Shown here in pieces: positions 27,657 through 38,059 of a stretch of DNA of 64,000 bases. The notes under the pieces are model-generated. The model searched no databases. It was given only the letters and a program-made list of their open reading frames with translations, and was not told the origin of the DNA. The position numbers and the translations under genes were made by a program. The stretch lies in NCBI GenBank assembly GCA_002788855.1, contig PFSB01000006.1:5467-69466 (forward strand), read 5' to 3'. This DNA comes from Candidatus Roizmanbacteria bacterium CG_4_9_14_0_2_um_filter_38_17. Lineage in GTDB: Bacteria > Patescibacteriota > Microgenomatia > GCA-00278855. Position 1 is the stretch's first letter; each line of letters begins with the position of its first letter.

Positions 27657-29289
27657 CTATTTACTCGGAGTTATAGTTCTTTCTATGCTGCCACTTTTAA
27701 GCTTGTTTATAACAGATAAGCTTGTCCATACCCATGATGGTCTGGTGCATTTGCCACGCATGGCTGCTTACTATAAAGCTCTCTTAGATGGACAAATACC
27801 ACCACGTTTTGCAGGGGATCTTAATTATGGATATGGTATGCCGCTATTTATTTTCATTTATCAATTTCCATATATAGTTTCATCACTATTGATAGCGCTC
27901 GGGAGTTCGTTGGTTGGAGCTTTTAAGGTAACCTTATCTTTGAGCTATATTTTTTCGGGTATATTCATGTGGTTATTTGCTAGGGAGTTTTTTAAGAGTG
28001 ACAAGAAAGCTCTATTGGTAACCGTTTTTTATCAGTTTAATACTTTTCGATTCGTTGAGCTTCTGGTTAGAGGAAGTTTTGGAGAAGTATATACGTATAC
28101 TTTTTTACCGTTAGTTTTATATGGCTTAGTTAGATTATTTAAAAAAATTAACTTTACCAATATTGTCTTAACCTCAGTAGCAGTAGCGCTCCTGATAATC
28201 TCGCATAACTCGGTCAGTTTGTTGTTTTTTGGTGTTGCAGTATTGTTCTTAATCTTATTTGGCAAAAATAAGAGAAATATTACTTGGGGAGCTGCTTCAC
28301 TTTTGCTTGGAATGGGTCTATCTGCGTACTACTGGGTGTCTGCGATGGCAGAGCATAAATATACGTATGGAGATCTATTTATGCAGAGTATATATCTGGA
28401 GCATTTCCCTCCATTTTTACAACTTCTTGTACCGAATCTTACAAATATACAGTTTCTCCAGACAGGGGGAATTGTAACCCAGCTGGGTTTAATGCAGTTG
28501 GTTGTGTTGTTTGTTGCGTTTGGGGTAGCTTACTCAGCATTAAAGAAAGGTAAGAAGCTTAGTAGAGTCATAGTCTTTGGATTTCTAATTGTATTTGGAG
28601 CACTATTTTTTATGCAGCCAGTGTCAAAGCCATTGTGGGAACGAATAAGCCTACTTCGCCAATTTCAGTTTCCTTGGCGTTTTCTTTCGCTAATGACTTT
28701 TGCTATTGCAATGATGGCGCCGGTTTTATTGAAATTTAGTGTTGTCAAAAATAAAGCTGTATACACTAGTATAATTTTATTGACTATTGTTACATCTGTC
28801 TATTACTGGTTGCCTAGCTTGGGTCTAGATACCATCAAGGAGGAGGGCTATTGGAATTTTCCTAAGACTACAACCTACTGGGGTGAAACAGATGTAATAT
28901 GGTCTGAGGGACCGGCAAGTTCTTACCCAGCTTCTCCGGTTGAGATAGTAGCGGGAGATGCTAGTGTCTCAAACTATGTTAAGAAATCTAATGTGCATAC
29001 ATATGTTGTTGAAGTCTCTCAGGAGAGTATGTTAGTTGATCATACGCAGTATTTTCCTGGTTGGAGGGTGCTAGTAGATGGAAAAAAAAGAGATATAGAA
29101 TTTCAAGATTTTAGCTGGAAGGGACAAATCACTTATAGTGTTCCCGAGGGTAAGCATAAAGTTGAAGTTAGATTTGGAGAGAGTAAGGTGAGGTATATAG
29201 CAGATATGATTACGGTCTTAAGTTTTGTTGTAATTATTATTGTTGGGATTTTTAGAAAGAAGGTTTTTAAATGGTTCGCAAAGAAATAA
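27619..29289 (+). CDS. membrane protein, H-D-x3-H family GT-C candidate (paralog group B, 3 of 5)
   Basis: LVHTHDGLVHLPRMA...IPPRF...NYGYGMPLFIFIYQFPY and C-terminal YFPGWRVLVDGKKRD...GKHKVEV. Start chosen at ATG 27619; the ORF call from TTG 27550 overlaps the upstream gene. Confidence 0.5.
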   Translation: MYIMIKKFLTKHSYLLGVIVLSMLPLLSLFITDKLVHTHDGLVHLPRMAAYYKALLDGQIPPRFAGDLNYGYGMPLFIFIYQFPYIVSSLLIALGSSLVGAFKVTLSLSYIFSGIFMWLFAREFFKSDKKALLVTVFYQFNTFRFVELLVRGSFGEVYTYTFLPLVLYGLVRLFKKINFTNIVLTSVAVALLIISHNSVSLLFFGVAVLFLILFGKNKRNITWGAASLLLGMGLSAYYWVSAMAEHKYTYGDLFMQSIYLEHFPPFLQLLVPNLTNIQFLQTGGIVTQLGLMQLVVLFVAFGVAYSALKKGKKLSRVIVFGFLIVFGALFFMQPVSKPLWERISLLRQFQFPWRFLSLMTFAIAMMAPVLLKFSVVKNKAVYTSIILLTIVTSVYYWLPSLGLDTIKEEGYWNFPKTTTYWGETDVIWSEGPASSYPASPVEIVAGDASVSNYVKKSNVHTYVVEVSQESMLVDHTQYFPGWRVLVDGKKRDIEFQDFSWKGQITYSVPEGKHKVEVRFGESKVRYIADMITVLSFVVIIIVGIFRKKVFKWFAKK

Positions 29290-31613
29290 TCTTAGCTCTA
29301 TTCCTATTTGGGGGGTTAGCTGCAATATTTTTCTATAAACTTATAGCATTAGGTCTCGTGCCTTTTCCTGGAGATCTATTAATAGCTGAGTATAATCCCT
29401 GGAGAAGGTATAGTTTCTTAGGATATGTTCCAGGATCATTTCCGACAAAGTTCCAGTACTTTGATACCCTAAAACAGCTATATCCCTGGAAGACATTTGT
29501 AGTTGACCAGTTGAAGCAAGGAGCAATTCCTCTCTGGAATCCCCATAATTTTTCTGGACAGCCACTGCTAGCTAATTTTCAATCGGCAGTTTTCTATCCT
29601 CTTAACATCTTTTACTTTATTTTTCCGCAGCTTTCTGCCTGGAGCTTGTTAGTTATGCTACAGCCCTTATTAGCTAACTGGTTTATGTATCTATATGCTA
29701 GAAAAGTAGGTTTAAAGGTTACAGGAGCAGTGTTAGCGAGTTTATCCTTTGCTTACTCTCAGTTTGCGATCGTGTGGCTTGAATACAACACTATTATTCA
29801 GGTTATGTTATGGTTGCCGCTTCTGCTTTTAGCAGTTGAGCATTTGCTGCAGAAAATGACAATCAGATGGATGTTCTTATTTGTGCTAGGTATAATATCT
29901 GCGCTTTTTGCGGGCCATATCCAGGTTTTAGGCTACGTATTGAGTTTTGTACTCATATACTCAATATATCGTGCAAAGTTACTGCATAAAATAAGAAGAT
30001 TTTGGTTTATAGCGTGGTTTATCGTCCTTTCAGTAGGCATTGGAGCAGTTCAGCTTTTGCCGGGTATTGAGTTAATAGGACTGTCTGCAAGGAGTATACT
30101 TGAATACAATTTTCTAGTAGACAAGATACTGGTTCAGCCCTATCAGCTTTTAATGCTATTTATTCCAGATATTTACGGAAACCCGGCTACAGCAAATTAT
30201 GTTATTTCTGATACATACATCGGTAAAGCCTTGTCCATAGGTTTTGTGGCAATATTGTTTGTATTAGTTTCATTTAGTCAGATTAGAAAATCTCACTTAG
30301 TAAGGCTTTATGCAGTAGTAGCGCTGGTGATAGGAATTATGCTTACTGCTAATCCTTTATCTAGAATTATTTATATGCTTCCACTACCTCTTATTTCGAG
30401 TAGCAGTCCAACTTTGATGGGTTTCATATTAGCATTTAGTTTAAGTATCTTGGCAGGTATGGGTTTAGATCACTGGCAAAAGAAACATTATAGATATGTA
30501 GTCCCAGCGATACTTATAGTAGGAGTGGCTTGGTTATTGTACTTCTCTGATGTGCTACCCATAAACAGGAGTAGTGTAATTTTGACCAGTTTGTTGTTAG
30601 TAGCAAGTTTGCCACTTCTATATATTTCAACACTAAAAGGAAAGATAGCTTATCTAGGAATATACGCACTTATATTTCTGCAATTTTCTGAGCGCTGGTA
30701 CTCATTTCGTAAATTTAATTCGTTTGTACCCAAGGAAGTGGTTTATCCGGATACAGAAATTGTAGATTTTCTTAAAGTAAATGCTGGTATAGATAGGGTT
30801 TGGGGATATGGTTCTGCAGCTATTGATGCCAATTTTGCAACACAGCTTAAGCTTTATTCACCCGAAGGATACGATCCGCTTTATCCACAAAGATATGGGG
30901 AGTTTATAGCGTTAACAAAGCAAGGAAAACTACAGCAAAAATTTGATCGCACCAACCGTACAGATGCAGTTATTGCCACAGCTTATAGTCTAGAGGATTT
31001 AAAAGAAAATGAATATCGTTTAAAAGTTCTTGATGTTCTGGGGGTTAAATATATCTTAGATAGAATAGATAACCCAAGTTATGTTAGTGAGTTTCCAAGT
31101 TACCGTCTTGAGCAGGTATATGATATTGACGGTTGGAAGATATTTGTTAACAAAATGGCGGTTCCCAGATTGCAGTTAGTCTTTGATTATCTAGTTTTTA
31201 ATTCTGCGACAGAGTTTGAGCAGCTCTTTTTTAGTGAAGACTATAGTCCACGAGAGACGGTGCTACTGGAGCAAGATCTTGATCTGGATTTTAGCTGTGA
31301 GGATAAGCAGTATAATCTAGAATTACTTGATTATCTGGCAAATGAAGTTGCGGTGCAGCTAGATACAAATTGTGAGGCAATACTTGTGTTATCAGATAAT
31401 TATTACCCAGGTTGGAATGCATACATAGATGGAGAGAAAACTAAGATTTATAGAGCAAACTATACATTTCGGGCAGTTGTTGTACCAGGTGGCAGCCATG
31501 AGATATATTTCAAGTACGAGCCGGATAGTTTTAGGTATGGTGTGATAATCAGTATAGCTAGTGTACTGATCATGGGTGTAACCATTATAATGATAAAAAG
31601 ACGTGAAAAATAA
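29271..31613 (+). CDS. YfhO-like GT-C membrane glycosyltransferase (paralog 3 of 4)
   Basis: LYPWKTFVVDQLKQGAIPLWNPHNFSGQPLLANFQSAVFYPLN; C-terminal LSDNYYPGWNAYIDGEKTKIYRANYTFRAVVVPGGSHEIYFKYEP. Confidence 0.65.
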   Translation: MVRKEIILALFLFGGLAAIFFYKLIALGLVPFPGDLLIAEYNPWRRYSFLGYVPGSFPTKFQYFDTLKQLYPWKTFVVDQLKQGAIPLWNPHNFSGQPLLANFQSAVFYPLNIFYFIFPQLSAWSLLVMLQPLLANWFMYLYARKVGLKVTGAVLASLSFAYSQFAIVWLEYNTIIQVMLWLPLLLLAVEHLLQKMTIRWMFLFVLGIISALFAGHIQVLGYVLSFVLIYSIYRAKLLHKIRRFWFIAWFIVLSVGIGAVQLLPGIELIGLSARSILEYNFLVDKILVQPYQLLMLFIPDIYGNPATANYVISDTYIGKALSIGFVAILFVLVSFSQIRKSHLVRLYAVVALVIGIMLTANPLSRIIYMLPLPLISSSSPTLMGFILAFSLSILAGMGLDHWQKKHYRYVVPAILIVGVAWLLYFSDVLPINRSSVILTSLLLVASLPLLYISTLKGKIAYLGIYALIFLQFSERWYSFRKFNSFVPKEVVYPDTEIVDFLKVNAGIDRVWGYGSAAIDANFATQLKLYSPEGYDPLYPQRYGEFIALTKQGKLQQKFDRTNRTDAVIATAYSLEDLKENEYRLKVLDVLGVKYILDRIDNPSYVSEFPSYRLEQVYDIDGWKIFVNKMAVPRLQLVFDYLVFNSATEFEQLFFSEDYSPRETVLLEQDLDLDFSCEDKQYNLELLDYLANEVAVQLDTNCEAILVLSDNYYPGWNAYIDGEKTKIYRANYTFRAVVVPGGSHEIYFKYEPDSFRYGVIISIASVLIMGVTIIMIKRREK

Positions 31614-33252
31614 AGTTACACTTTTAGTATTGGGGATAATATTGTTGCTGGGGATTGGTTTGAGAGTTTATAGAGTAACCGATGTTCCACCAGGAGTAAA
31701 TCGTGACGAAGCTTCGATAGGGTACAACGCGTATTCCTTGCTTCAGACAGGTAAAGATGAATATGGAGAGTTGTTACCTTTATCATTCCAATCATTTGGT
31801 GATTGGAAGCTTCCTTTATATATCTACCTAACTATTTTGCCTGTAAAAATGTTAGGTATGAATGAGCTGTCAGTCAGATTAGTATCTATACTTGCAGGAA
31901 GTACGTCAATAATATTGACCTGCTTGTTGGTAAAAAAGTTATTTAATAGAAAAAATTTAGCTTTGCTCTCTGCCTTACTTTTGGCAATATCTCCTTGGCA
32001 TCTGCACTTGTCTAGAGTAGAGTCAGAATCTAACTTGGCTGTTATGTTAGTTACTTTGGCGGTCTATTTTTTCTTTAAGGCACTGGGAGGCCAGCGCAAA
32101 CTTCTTATCTTATCTGGGTTAGGTTTTGCTCTTACATATTATAGCTATCATGGAAACCATCTCTTTACTAGTTTATTAGTGCTTACTATTTTGGGCTTAT
32201 TTTACAAAAGCATTCCTCGTACAAAAGTGTCTGTTGTTGCAGGGCTATTGTTTTTAGGGGCGGCGGGTTTTATTTTTAGTAAAACCTTATTTTCAGCTAA
32301 TACTACCAAGCTTTCCGGAATAAGTATATTTGGTGATCCCACAGTTGTTCATAGTCAAATAGAACAACCAAGAGTGCTGAATCATGATTCATCTTCTCTT
32401 ACAGCAAAAATTGCTCACAACCGTTTAGTTTTTGCTCTTGAGCGTTTTGGACAGAATTATTTAAATTCTTTTTCTCCTAGTTTTTTGTTTATTAACGGTG
32501 GATCTAATATGGCTCATAACATTCCAAATTTCGGAAATATGTATATTATAGAAGCTCCATTTTTATTATTAGGAGTTGTTTACTTAATAGGACGAGTTGC
32601 CAAGCAAGGAAAAAATAGAAAAAGATATGGGCTGGTTCTATTATGGCTACTAATTGCTCCTATAGCAGCAAGCATAACTAAGGACGCTCCCCACACTAAT
32701 CGTATGTTTGCTGTTTTTCCTGTAATGCCAATTATTACAGCTATGGGAATACTATATTTAATGGATACATTAAATAATAACATTCAGTTACGTAAAGTAA
32801 TACTCTTAACTCTAGTGGTGGGGTACAGCTTGAATATAATGCTATATTTTGAACGCTACTATGTTCATTTTCCTCAATCTACAGGGATAGAGTGGGGATA
32901 TGCGCATCATCAACTTGTTGATCTATTAGATAATGATGAGTATATGGATAAGCAGGTTATCATGTCTCAACCGGAAGCCTCGCCATATATATTTTTAGAT
33001 TTTTACTCAGAATATGATCCAGATTTGTACCAGAAAAAGGTAAATCGGTACGAGCCTACGGATGATGCATTTGTACACGTTAAGAGTTTTGGTAGATATG
33101 AGTTTCGTGAGATAAACTGGGCGGAAGATCTTGCAAGAAAGAACACTATATTAGTGGATATTCCAGCTAACGTGCCTGATTCAGTGGATGTGACTTCTTC
33201 AGTACTTCTTCCAAATAGTAGCTTAGGATTTGAAGTTGTTGTAACAGAATGA
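31603..33252 (+). CDS. PMT_2/ArnT-like GT-C glycosyltransferase (COG1807-like; paralog 1 of 4)
   Basis: GLRVYRVTDVPPGVNRDEASIGYNAYSLLQTGKDEYG...FGDWKLPLYIY...LPVKMLG. Conserved block shared with the 41438, 46874 and 48474 genes; RDE/WDE acidic motif in loop 1. Confidence 0.6.
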   Translation: MKNKVTLLVLGIILLLGIGLRVYRVTDVPPGVNRDEASIGYNAYSLLQTGKDEYGELLPLSFQSFGDWKLPLYIYLTILPVKMLGMNELSVRLVSILAGSTSIILTCLLVKKLFNRKNLALLSALLLAISPWHLHLSRVESESNLAVMLVTLAVYFFFKALGGQRKLLILSGLGFALTYYSYHGNHLFTSLLVLTILGLFYKSIPRTKVSVVAGLLFLGAAGFIFSKTLFSANTTKLSGISIFGDPTVVHSQIEQPRVLNHDSSSLTAKIAHNRLVFALERFGQNYLNSFSPSFLFINGGSNMAHNIPNFGNMYIIEAPFLLLGVVYLIGRVAKQGKNRKRYGLVLLWLLIAPIAASITKDAPHTNRMFAVFPVMPIITAMGILYLMDTLNNNIQLRKVILLTLVVGYSLNIMLYFERYYVHFPQSTGIEWGYAHHQLVDLLDNDEYMDKQVIMSQPEASPYIFLDFYSEYDPDLYQKKVNRYEPTDDAFVHVKSFGRYEFREINWAEDLARKNTILVDIPANVPDSVDVTSSVLLPNSSLGFEVVVTE

Positions 33253-34958
33253 GAAGCAAACTTATCATTGGAGTATTTGCTATTGTGTTTTCACTGACAA
33301 TGCTTCGAAGTGGCTGGTACTTAGAAAATGGTTATAGATTAATAGGAGTGAATGCGAGTGATGGTATCTGGAATTTAGCTCTTATTTCAGAACTTATGAA
33401 TAGTTTTCCACCTGAGCACCCGGGTTTTGCTGGAGAACTGCTTAAGGGTTATCATTTCTTTTACCATATACTCTTGGCTGGAATAGCTAAGGTGACAAGT
33501 ATTCCAACAACTAGTCTCTATTTTCACATATTTCCACTTATTATTTCGTATCTCTGGGGGTATGGTGTTTATAGGGTTGTAGTTAAGCTATATAAGAATA
33601 AAAAAGCTGGATTATGGTCAGCTTTCTTTTCTTTATTTGGCGGGAGTTTTGCATTCTTATTACCATTGGTCTGGAAGCAGGATTTGAGCATAAATAGTGG
33701 TTTTGGAATATGTCAGCCTCTGGGATGTTCACTAGTAAACCCCGCCTTTGCAAGTTCTATAGTTTTGGTTATCTGGTCATATTATTTCTTGATTGAGTAC
33801 CTACGGACTAATAAAAAGAAATGGGCGATTTGGCTAATAGTAGCTACTGGTATAAGCGTTGGCTTTAAGGTTTATGCAGGCATGATATTAATGGGAGCCT
33901 TGGCTGTTGCAGCTGTCTGGAGGGCTTGGTCACAGCGCAAGTTTGATTTGCTGATAATATTTGGTTTAGCATTGCTTATGGCTATGGCGGTATTCTTCCC
34001 TTTTAATGCTAATTATGGATTTCTTCTTTTTCAACCTTTGTGGCCACCACATATCACAATGCAGGGACCGCTAGGATTTACTAGGTGGAGAGTTTTGTGG
34101 GAGTTAGCCGAATATACGCATAACTGGTGGGGGATTATTAAATTGGAGATCTGGGCGAACGGGGTATTTTTCTTGGGAAACATGGGCACTAGGCTGCTGG
34201 CAATATTTGCACTAGGAACATTTATTAAGAGAGGTATTTTAAAAGTAGATGCGATTTTTTATCTGGCAATGTTGGGTGTTTCGTATTTAATTCCAATGTT
34301 TTTTCTCCAACCAGCAGGTGGAGTATTTAATATGGTACAGATGTATTGGTATTTCTTGTTCTTAGTATCTATTTTAGTCGGTCCAGGAATAGTTAGTCTA
34401 ATGAGTAAGGTTAATAACAGATTTTATAGAATATTAATTTATTTACTAATTGTTATTATCACTTTACCTTCCAGCGTAACTGATTTGCAGATTTTACTTA
34501 CTGACAAGGGTAGAGTTATAGATAATAGCCAATTGGAAGTTCTGGAGTTTTTTCGTGAGCATGGAGAATATAACCAGACCGTGCTTCAGTTGCCAGAGCT
34601 GCGGCAGAAATATACAAAAGAAGAATTATATGGATGGTTCACATCAAGATCTAGTGCTATTATTCCTTCTCTTGGGGGAAAGAGAGTATATGCAGTAAAT
34701 GAGGGTGTAACATTTCCAGATCTTGATATAAATAAGAGGTTGGCACTAATTATGCGGTTTTTGTTACCAGAAAAAGTATGTAATAAGACAAATTGGGATA
34801 AATTAGTATGTCAGGATGCTTTAAACGATGCTTATAATATGCTACAATCGGAGGATATACACTTTATTTATTCAAAAGAGGATAGGTTTTGGCTAGACTA
34901 TTGGGATAAAATAAACGTTGTCTATAAAGGTGAGGGGGGGAGTATATATGGTATCTAA
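33249..34958 (+). CDS. polytopic membrane protein, putative GT-C (paralog of 55468 gene)
   Basis: 569 aa, >12 TM. Loop motif FPPEHPGFAGE...YHFFYH parallels FPPELPFFASK...YHYLFD in 55468..57081. Confidence 0.4.
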   Translation: MRSKLIIGVFAIVFSLTMLRSGWYLENGYRLIGVNASDGIWNLALISELMNSFPPEHPGFAGELLKGYHFFYHILLAGIAKVTSIPTTSLYFHIFPLIISYLWGYGVYRVVVKLYKNKKAGLWSAFFSLFGGSFAFLLPLVWKQDLSINSGFGICQPLGCSLVNPAFASSIVLVIWSYYFLIEYLRTNKKKWAIWLIVATGISVGFKVYAGMILMGALAVAAVWRAWSQRKFDLLIIFGLALLMAMAVFFPFNANYGFLLFQPLWPPHITMQGPLGFTRWRVLWELAEYTHNWWGIIKLEIWANGVFFLGNMGTRLLAIFALGTFIKRGILKVDAIFYLAMLGVSYLIPMFFLQPAGGVFNMVQMYWYFLFLVSILVGPGIVSLMSKVNNRFYRILIYLLIVIITLPSSVTDLQILLTDKGRVIDNSQLEVLEFFREHGEYNQTVLQLPELRQKYTKEELYGWFTSRSSAIIPSLGGKRVYAVNEGVTFPDLDINKRLALIMRFLLPEKVCNKTNWDKLVCQDALNDAYNMLQSEDIHFIYSKEDRFWLDYWDKINVVYKGEGGSIYGI

Positions 34959-35610
34959 TCACGAAATTACACTAGATGATTTACAGGACATTTGGCAGCA
35001 ACCAGGGCCTGATTATTATCAGCGAGGAGTTAAGGAGAATATATTACAAAAGATTTGGCATTACGGTAAGCTGAGAGCTATTTTATCTTTGATAAATAAA
35101 TCCGATGTTAATCCTAGTGCTATATTAGACGTGGGTTGTGCTAGTGGTTGGTTTTTATCACAAATGGCTGTAAAGTATCCAAAGGCTAGTTGCACTGGAA
35201 TTGATGTATATAAAGATGGAGTTGAATATGGTAAGAAAAAATATAAAAAACTAAACCTAACTGTGAGTGATGCGCATAAGATGCCCTTTGAGAAGGATTC
35301 GTTCGATACTGTTGTTTGCGCAGAGGTGCTTGAGCACGTGGTTAACCCACGAGAGGTGCTAAAAGAAATAAGAAGAGTATTAAAAAAAGAAGGTGTAGCT
35401 GTTATTGAAATGGACACTGGTAACTTACTCTTTAAGCTAGTTTGGCACTGGTGGACTAATCTAAGACATGGAGTATGGGAGAATGCCCATATTCAAGAAT
35501 TTAATACAGAGATATTAAAGAACATGATTGAAGGTGAAGGGTTCAATATTGTGGAGCAAAAGTTTTTTAACTATACTATGGCGGTAGCATTTTTAGTTCA
35601 AAAGACATAA
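34948..35610 (+). CDS. class I SAM-dependent methyltransferase
   Basis: LDVGCASGWF (motif I), DTVVCAEVLEHV (motif II-like) and LKKEGVAVI. Strong RBS GAGGGGGGG 8 nt upstream of ATG 34948. Confidence 0.8.
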   Translation: MVSNHEITLDDLQDIWQQPGPDYYQRGVKENILQKIWHYGKLRAILSLINKSDVNPSAILDVGCASGWFLSQMAVKYPKASCTGIDVYKDGVEYGKKKYKKLNLTVSDAHKMPFEKDSFDTVVCAEVLEHVVNPREVLKEIRRVLKKEGVAVIEMDTGNLLFKLVWHWWTNLRHGVWENAHIQEFNTEILKNMIEGEGFNIVEQKFFNYTMAVAFLVQKT

Positions 35611-35611
35611 T

Positions 35612-38059
35612 TTGAAGATTAAAATACAGAGTGTCTTTGTGCTTATTTTACTGTCGGTACTATCGGTTTTCCTGTTTCGGAATTATTTCTTTAAGGGTCA
35701 GGTTCCCTTTCCATCAAATCTTTTGGTTGCATATCATTCTCCTTGGGCCGATTATGAGTGGGAGGGATATCCAAATGGACCTCCTAATAAACCGATTGGC
35801 TTTGATAACCTAAAACTTTTCTATCCGTTTCGTAAATTTACGACAGAACAGCTGGCGCAGGGCCACATTCCGCTCTGGAACCCGTATGTATTTTCTGGCA
35901 ATATACATTTAGCTACTTATCAGTCGGCCGTTTTATATCCTCTAAATGTTTTGTACTTTGTGTTACCTCAGATAGACGCTTGGTCGCTTTTGATTATTGC
36001 GCAGTCCATCATCGCAGGTATCTTTACATATCTTTTCTTAAAGAAATTATCGCTGTCATTTAAATCCAGTCTTTTTGGGGCAGTGTTATTTGCATATTCA
36101 GGTTGGATGACTGTATGGAGTCAGGAATCACTTGTAATTGAGCACACGGCGCTTTGGTTGCCGATGATCTTATATTCTATTGAAAGACTATTTAGTAAAT
36201 ACTCATATGCTAATTGGCTGCTTCTCGTGTTGGGGCTATCATTATCCATACTGGCGGGATTTCTACAGATGAGTATTTATAGTTTTACTATAGCAGGGTT
36301 GTGGATTTTGTATAGATGGAAAAATAAAGACCGTCGACAGCTAAAACAGCTATACCCATTTATCTTTGGTCTGCTGGTAGCGATTTTGCTGGTGGGTATT
36401 CATCTTGTTCCAGCTATTGAGGCATTTTTTGGTTCTCCTCGAGGACAGGTGGATGCAAAATTCTTATTTGATGATTACTTAGCGAAGCCGTGGCATCTAC
36501 TTACATTTTTAATTCCAGACTTCTGGGGTAACCCCGGAGCATACAATTATTTTGGAAAGGGTTTTTACCATGAAAGTGTGATCTATTTTGGGATACCTGG
36601 ATTTATGCTTGCCCTATATGCTTTGTTTAGTGAAAGTGTATCTTTAAAGATCAATAAGATGGCTTTTTTTAAGTGGGTAGGTATAACTGCTTTGTTGCTT
36701 GGGTTTTCACCAGTAGGATGGCTTCTATACTATTCAAGATTGCCAATATTATCTGTGATTATGCCTTCGCGTATATTTATTATTGCTGTCTTTTCTCTGT
36801 CTGTGTTGTCAGCCTATGGGATGGAAAAGTTTTTGAGCGAAAAATGGAATAAGAAAGTGTGGCTAGGAATTATCATGGTTTTTGCATCTATATTTGCTAT
36901 TTCCTGGGGGGTTATTGGATTGGCAAAAATGGCAAATATATCTGACTATGTCTATAAATGGTACTTTCCGTATTTAAAAGCTATTAATGATCCCTTTGGA
37001 AATTTTGCAACAGTTTCATATAGGAATACAATATTGTCTTCACTGCTTTTTGGTGTGACAGTTATTGGGATATTTATGGGAGGGATTAAGAAATATTCAA
37101 TAAGTAAATTATCTTATTATGTGCTAATTGTAATTTCTCTAGTATCATCTTTCTATTTTGCAAATAAGTATCTCTATTTTTCTGAGCGTAAATTTGTGTT
37201 TCCACAGGTTCCTGTTCTTACTAAGCTGCAAGAGATAGCAGGATTAAATAGAGTCTGGGGATATGGAAACGGATATATTGAGAAAAATATGCTTATGTAT
37301 TATGGTCTTTATTCACCCGAAGGTTACGATGCCTTATTTCCTCAAGAATATGGGGAATTACTATTCTCTCAGGAAGTACAAGGTTCAATCACTAAGCAAA
37401 TTCTTCGAACTGACGCTAATATTAGACAGGCATCTGAACATGAAGCAGTTCTAGGTAATCCGTATCGGACTAAGCTTCTATCTCTCTTGGGAGTTAAATA
37501 TATTCTAGAAGCAAAAGAGGGAGAAGGTAAGGACTGGAATACAACTGAAGAACGTTTCCCAGCTGAGAGTTTTAAACTAGAATGGGAGGATGACAAGTAT
37601 CGCATCTATCAAAACCTAGACTCACTACCTCGTTCATTTTTGGTTAATGACTATGTAGTACTAAAAGATAAACAAGAGATAGCAGACACGTTGTTTAGTG
37701 AAACCTTTGATCTATCCAAAACGGTAATTGTTGAAGAAGAGCTATCCTTTGACCGATCTCAAAACTGTGCTGTGGGCACATCAAAAATAACATCATATAC
37801 CCCTAATAGGGTAGAGATAGAAACAGATTCAAGGTGCCCAGCTATCCTGTTCTTATCTGATAACTACTATCCTGGTTGGAATGCATACATAGACGAAGAG
37901 AAAACTAAGATTTATAGGAGTGATTATAGTTTTAGAGCAGTAACAGTTCCTGAAGGAATACATAAAGTACAGTTTAAGTATGAGCCACTGTCGTTTAAAT
38001 TGGGTATCTTGCTAACTTCGCTTGGATTTATTTCTTTATTAGTTATAATTAGAAGGTGA
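35612..38059 (+). CDS. YfhO-like GT-C membrane glycosyltransferase (paralog 4 of 4)
   Basis: FYPFRKF...IPLWNPYVFSGNIHLATYQSAVLYPLN; C-terminal LSDNYYPGWNAYIDEEKTKIYRSDYSFRAVTVPEGIHKVQFKYEP; 815 aa. Confidence 0.65.
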   Translation: MKIKIQSVFVLILLSVLSVFLFRNYFFKGQVPFPSNLLVAYHSPWADYEWEGYPNGPPNKPIGFDNLKLFYPFRKFTTEQLAQGHIPLWNPYVFSGNIHLATYQSAVLYPLNVLYFVLPQIDAWSLLIIAQSIIAGIFTYLFLKKLSLSFKSSLFGAVLFAYSGWMTVWSQESLVIEHTALWLPMILYSIERLFSKYSYANWLLLVLGLSLSILAGFLQMSIYSFTIAGLWILYRWKNKDRRQLKQLYPFIFGLLVAILLVGIHLVPAIEAFFGSPRGQVDAKFLFDDYLAKPWHLLTFLIPDFWGNPGAYNYFGKGFYHESVIYFGIPGFMLALYALFSESVSLKINKMAFFKWVGITALLLGFSPVGWLLYYSRLPILSVIMPSRIFIIAVFSLSVLSAYGMEKFLSEKWNKKVWLGIIMVFASIFAISWGVIGLAKMANISDYVYKWYFPYLKAINDPFGNFATVSYRNTILSSLLFGVTVIGIFMGGIKKYSISKLSYYVLIVISLVSSFYFANKYLYFSERKFVFPQVPVLTKLQEIAGLNRVWGYGNGYIEKNMLMYYGLYSPEGYDALFPQEYGELLFSQEVQGSITKQILRTDANIRQASEHEAVLGNPYRTKLLSLLGVKYILEAKEGEGKDWNTTEERFPAESFKLEWEDDKYRIYQNLDSLPRSFLVNDYVVLKDKQEIADTLFSETFDLSKTVIVEEELSFDRSQNCAVGTSKITSYTPNRVEIETDSRCPAILFLSDNYYPGWNAYIDEEKTKIYRSDYSFRAVTVPEGIHKVQFKYEPLSFKLGILLTSLGFISLLVIIRR

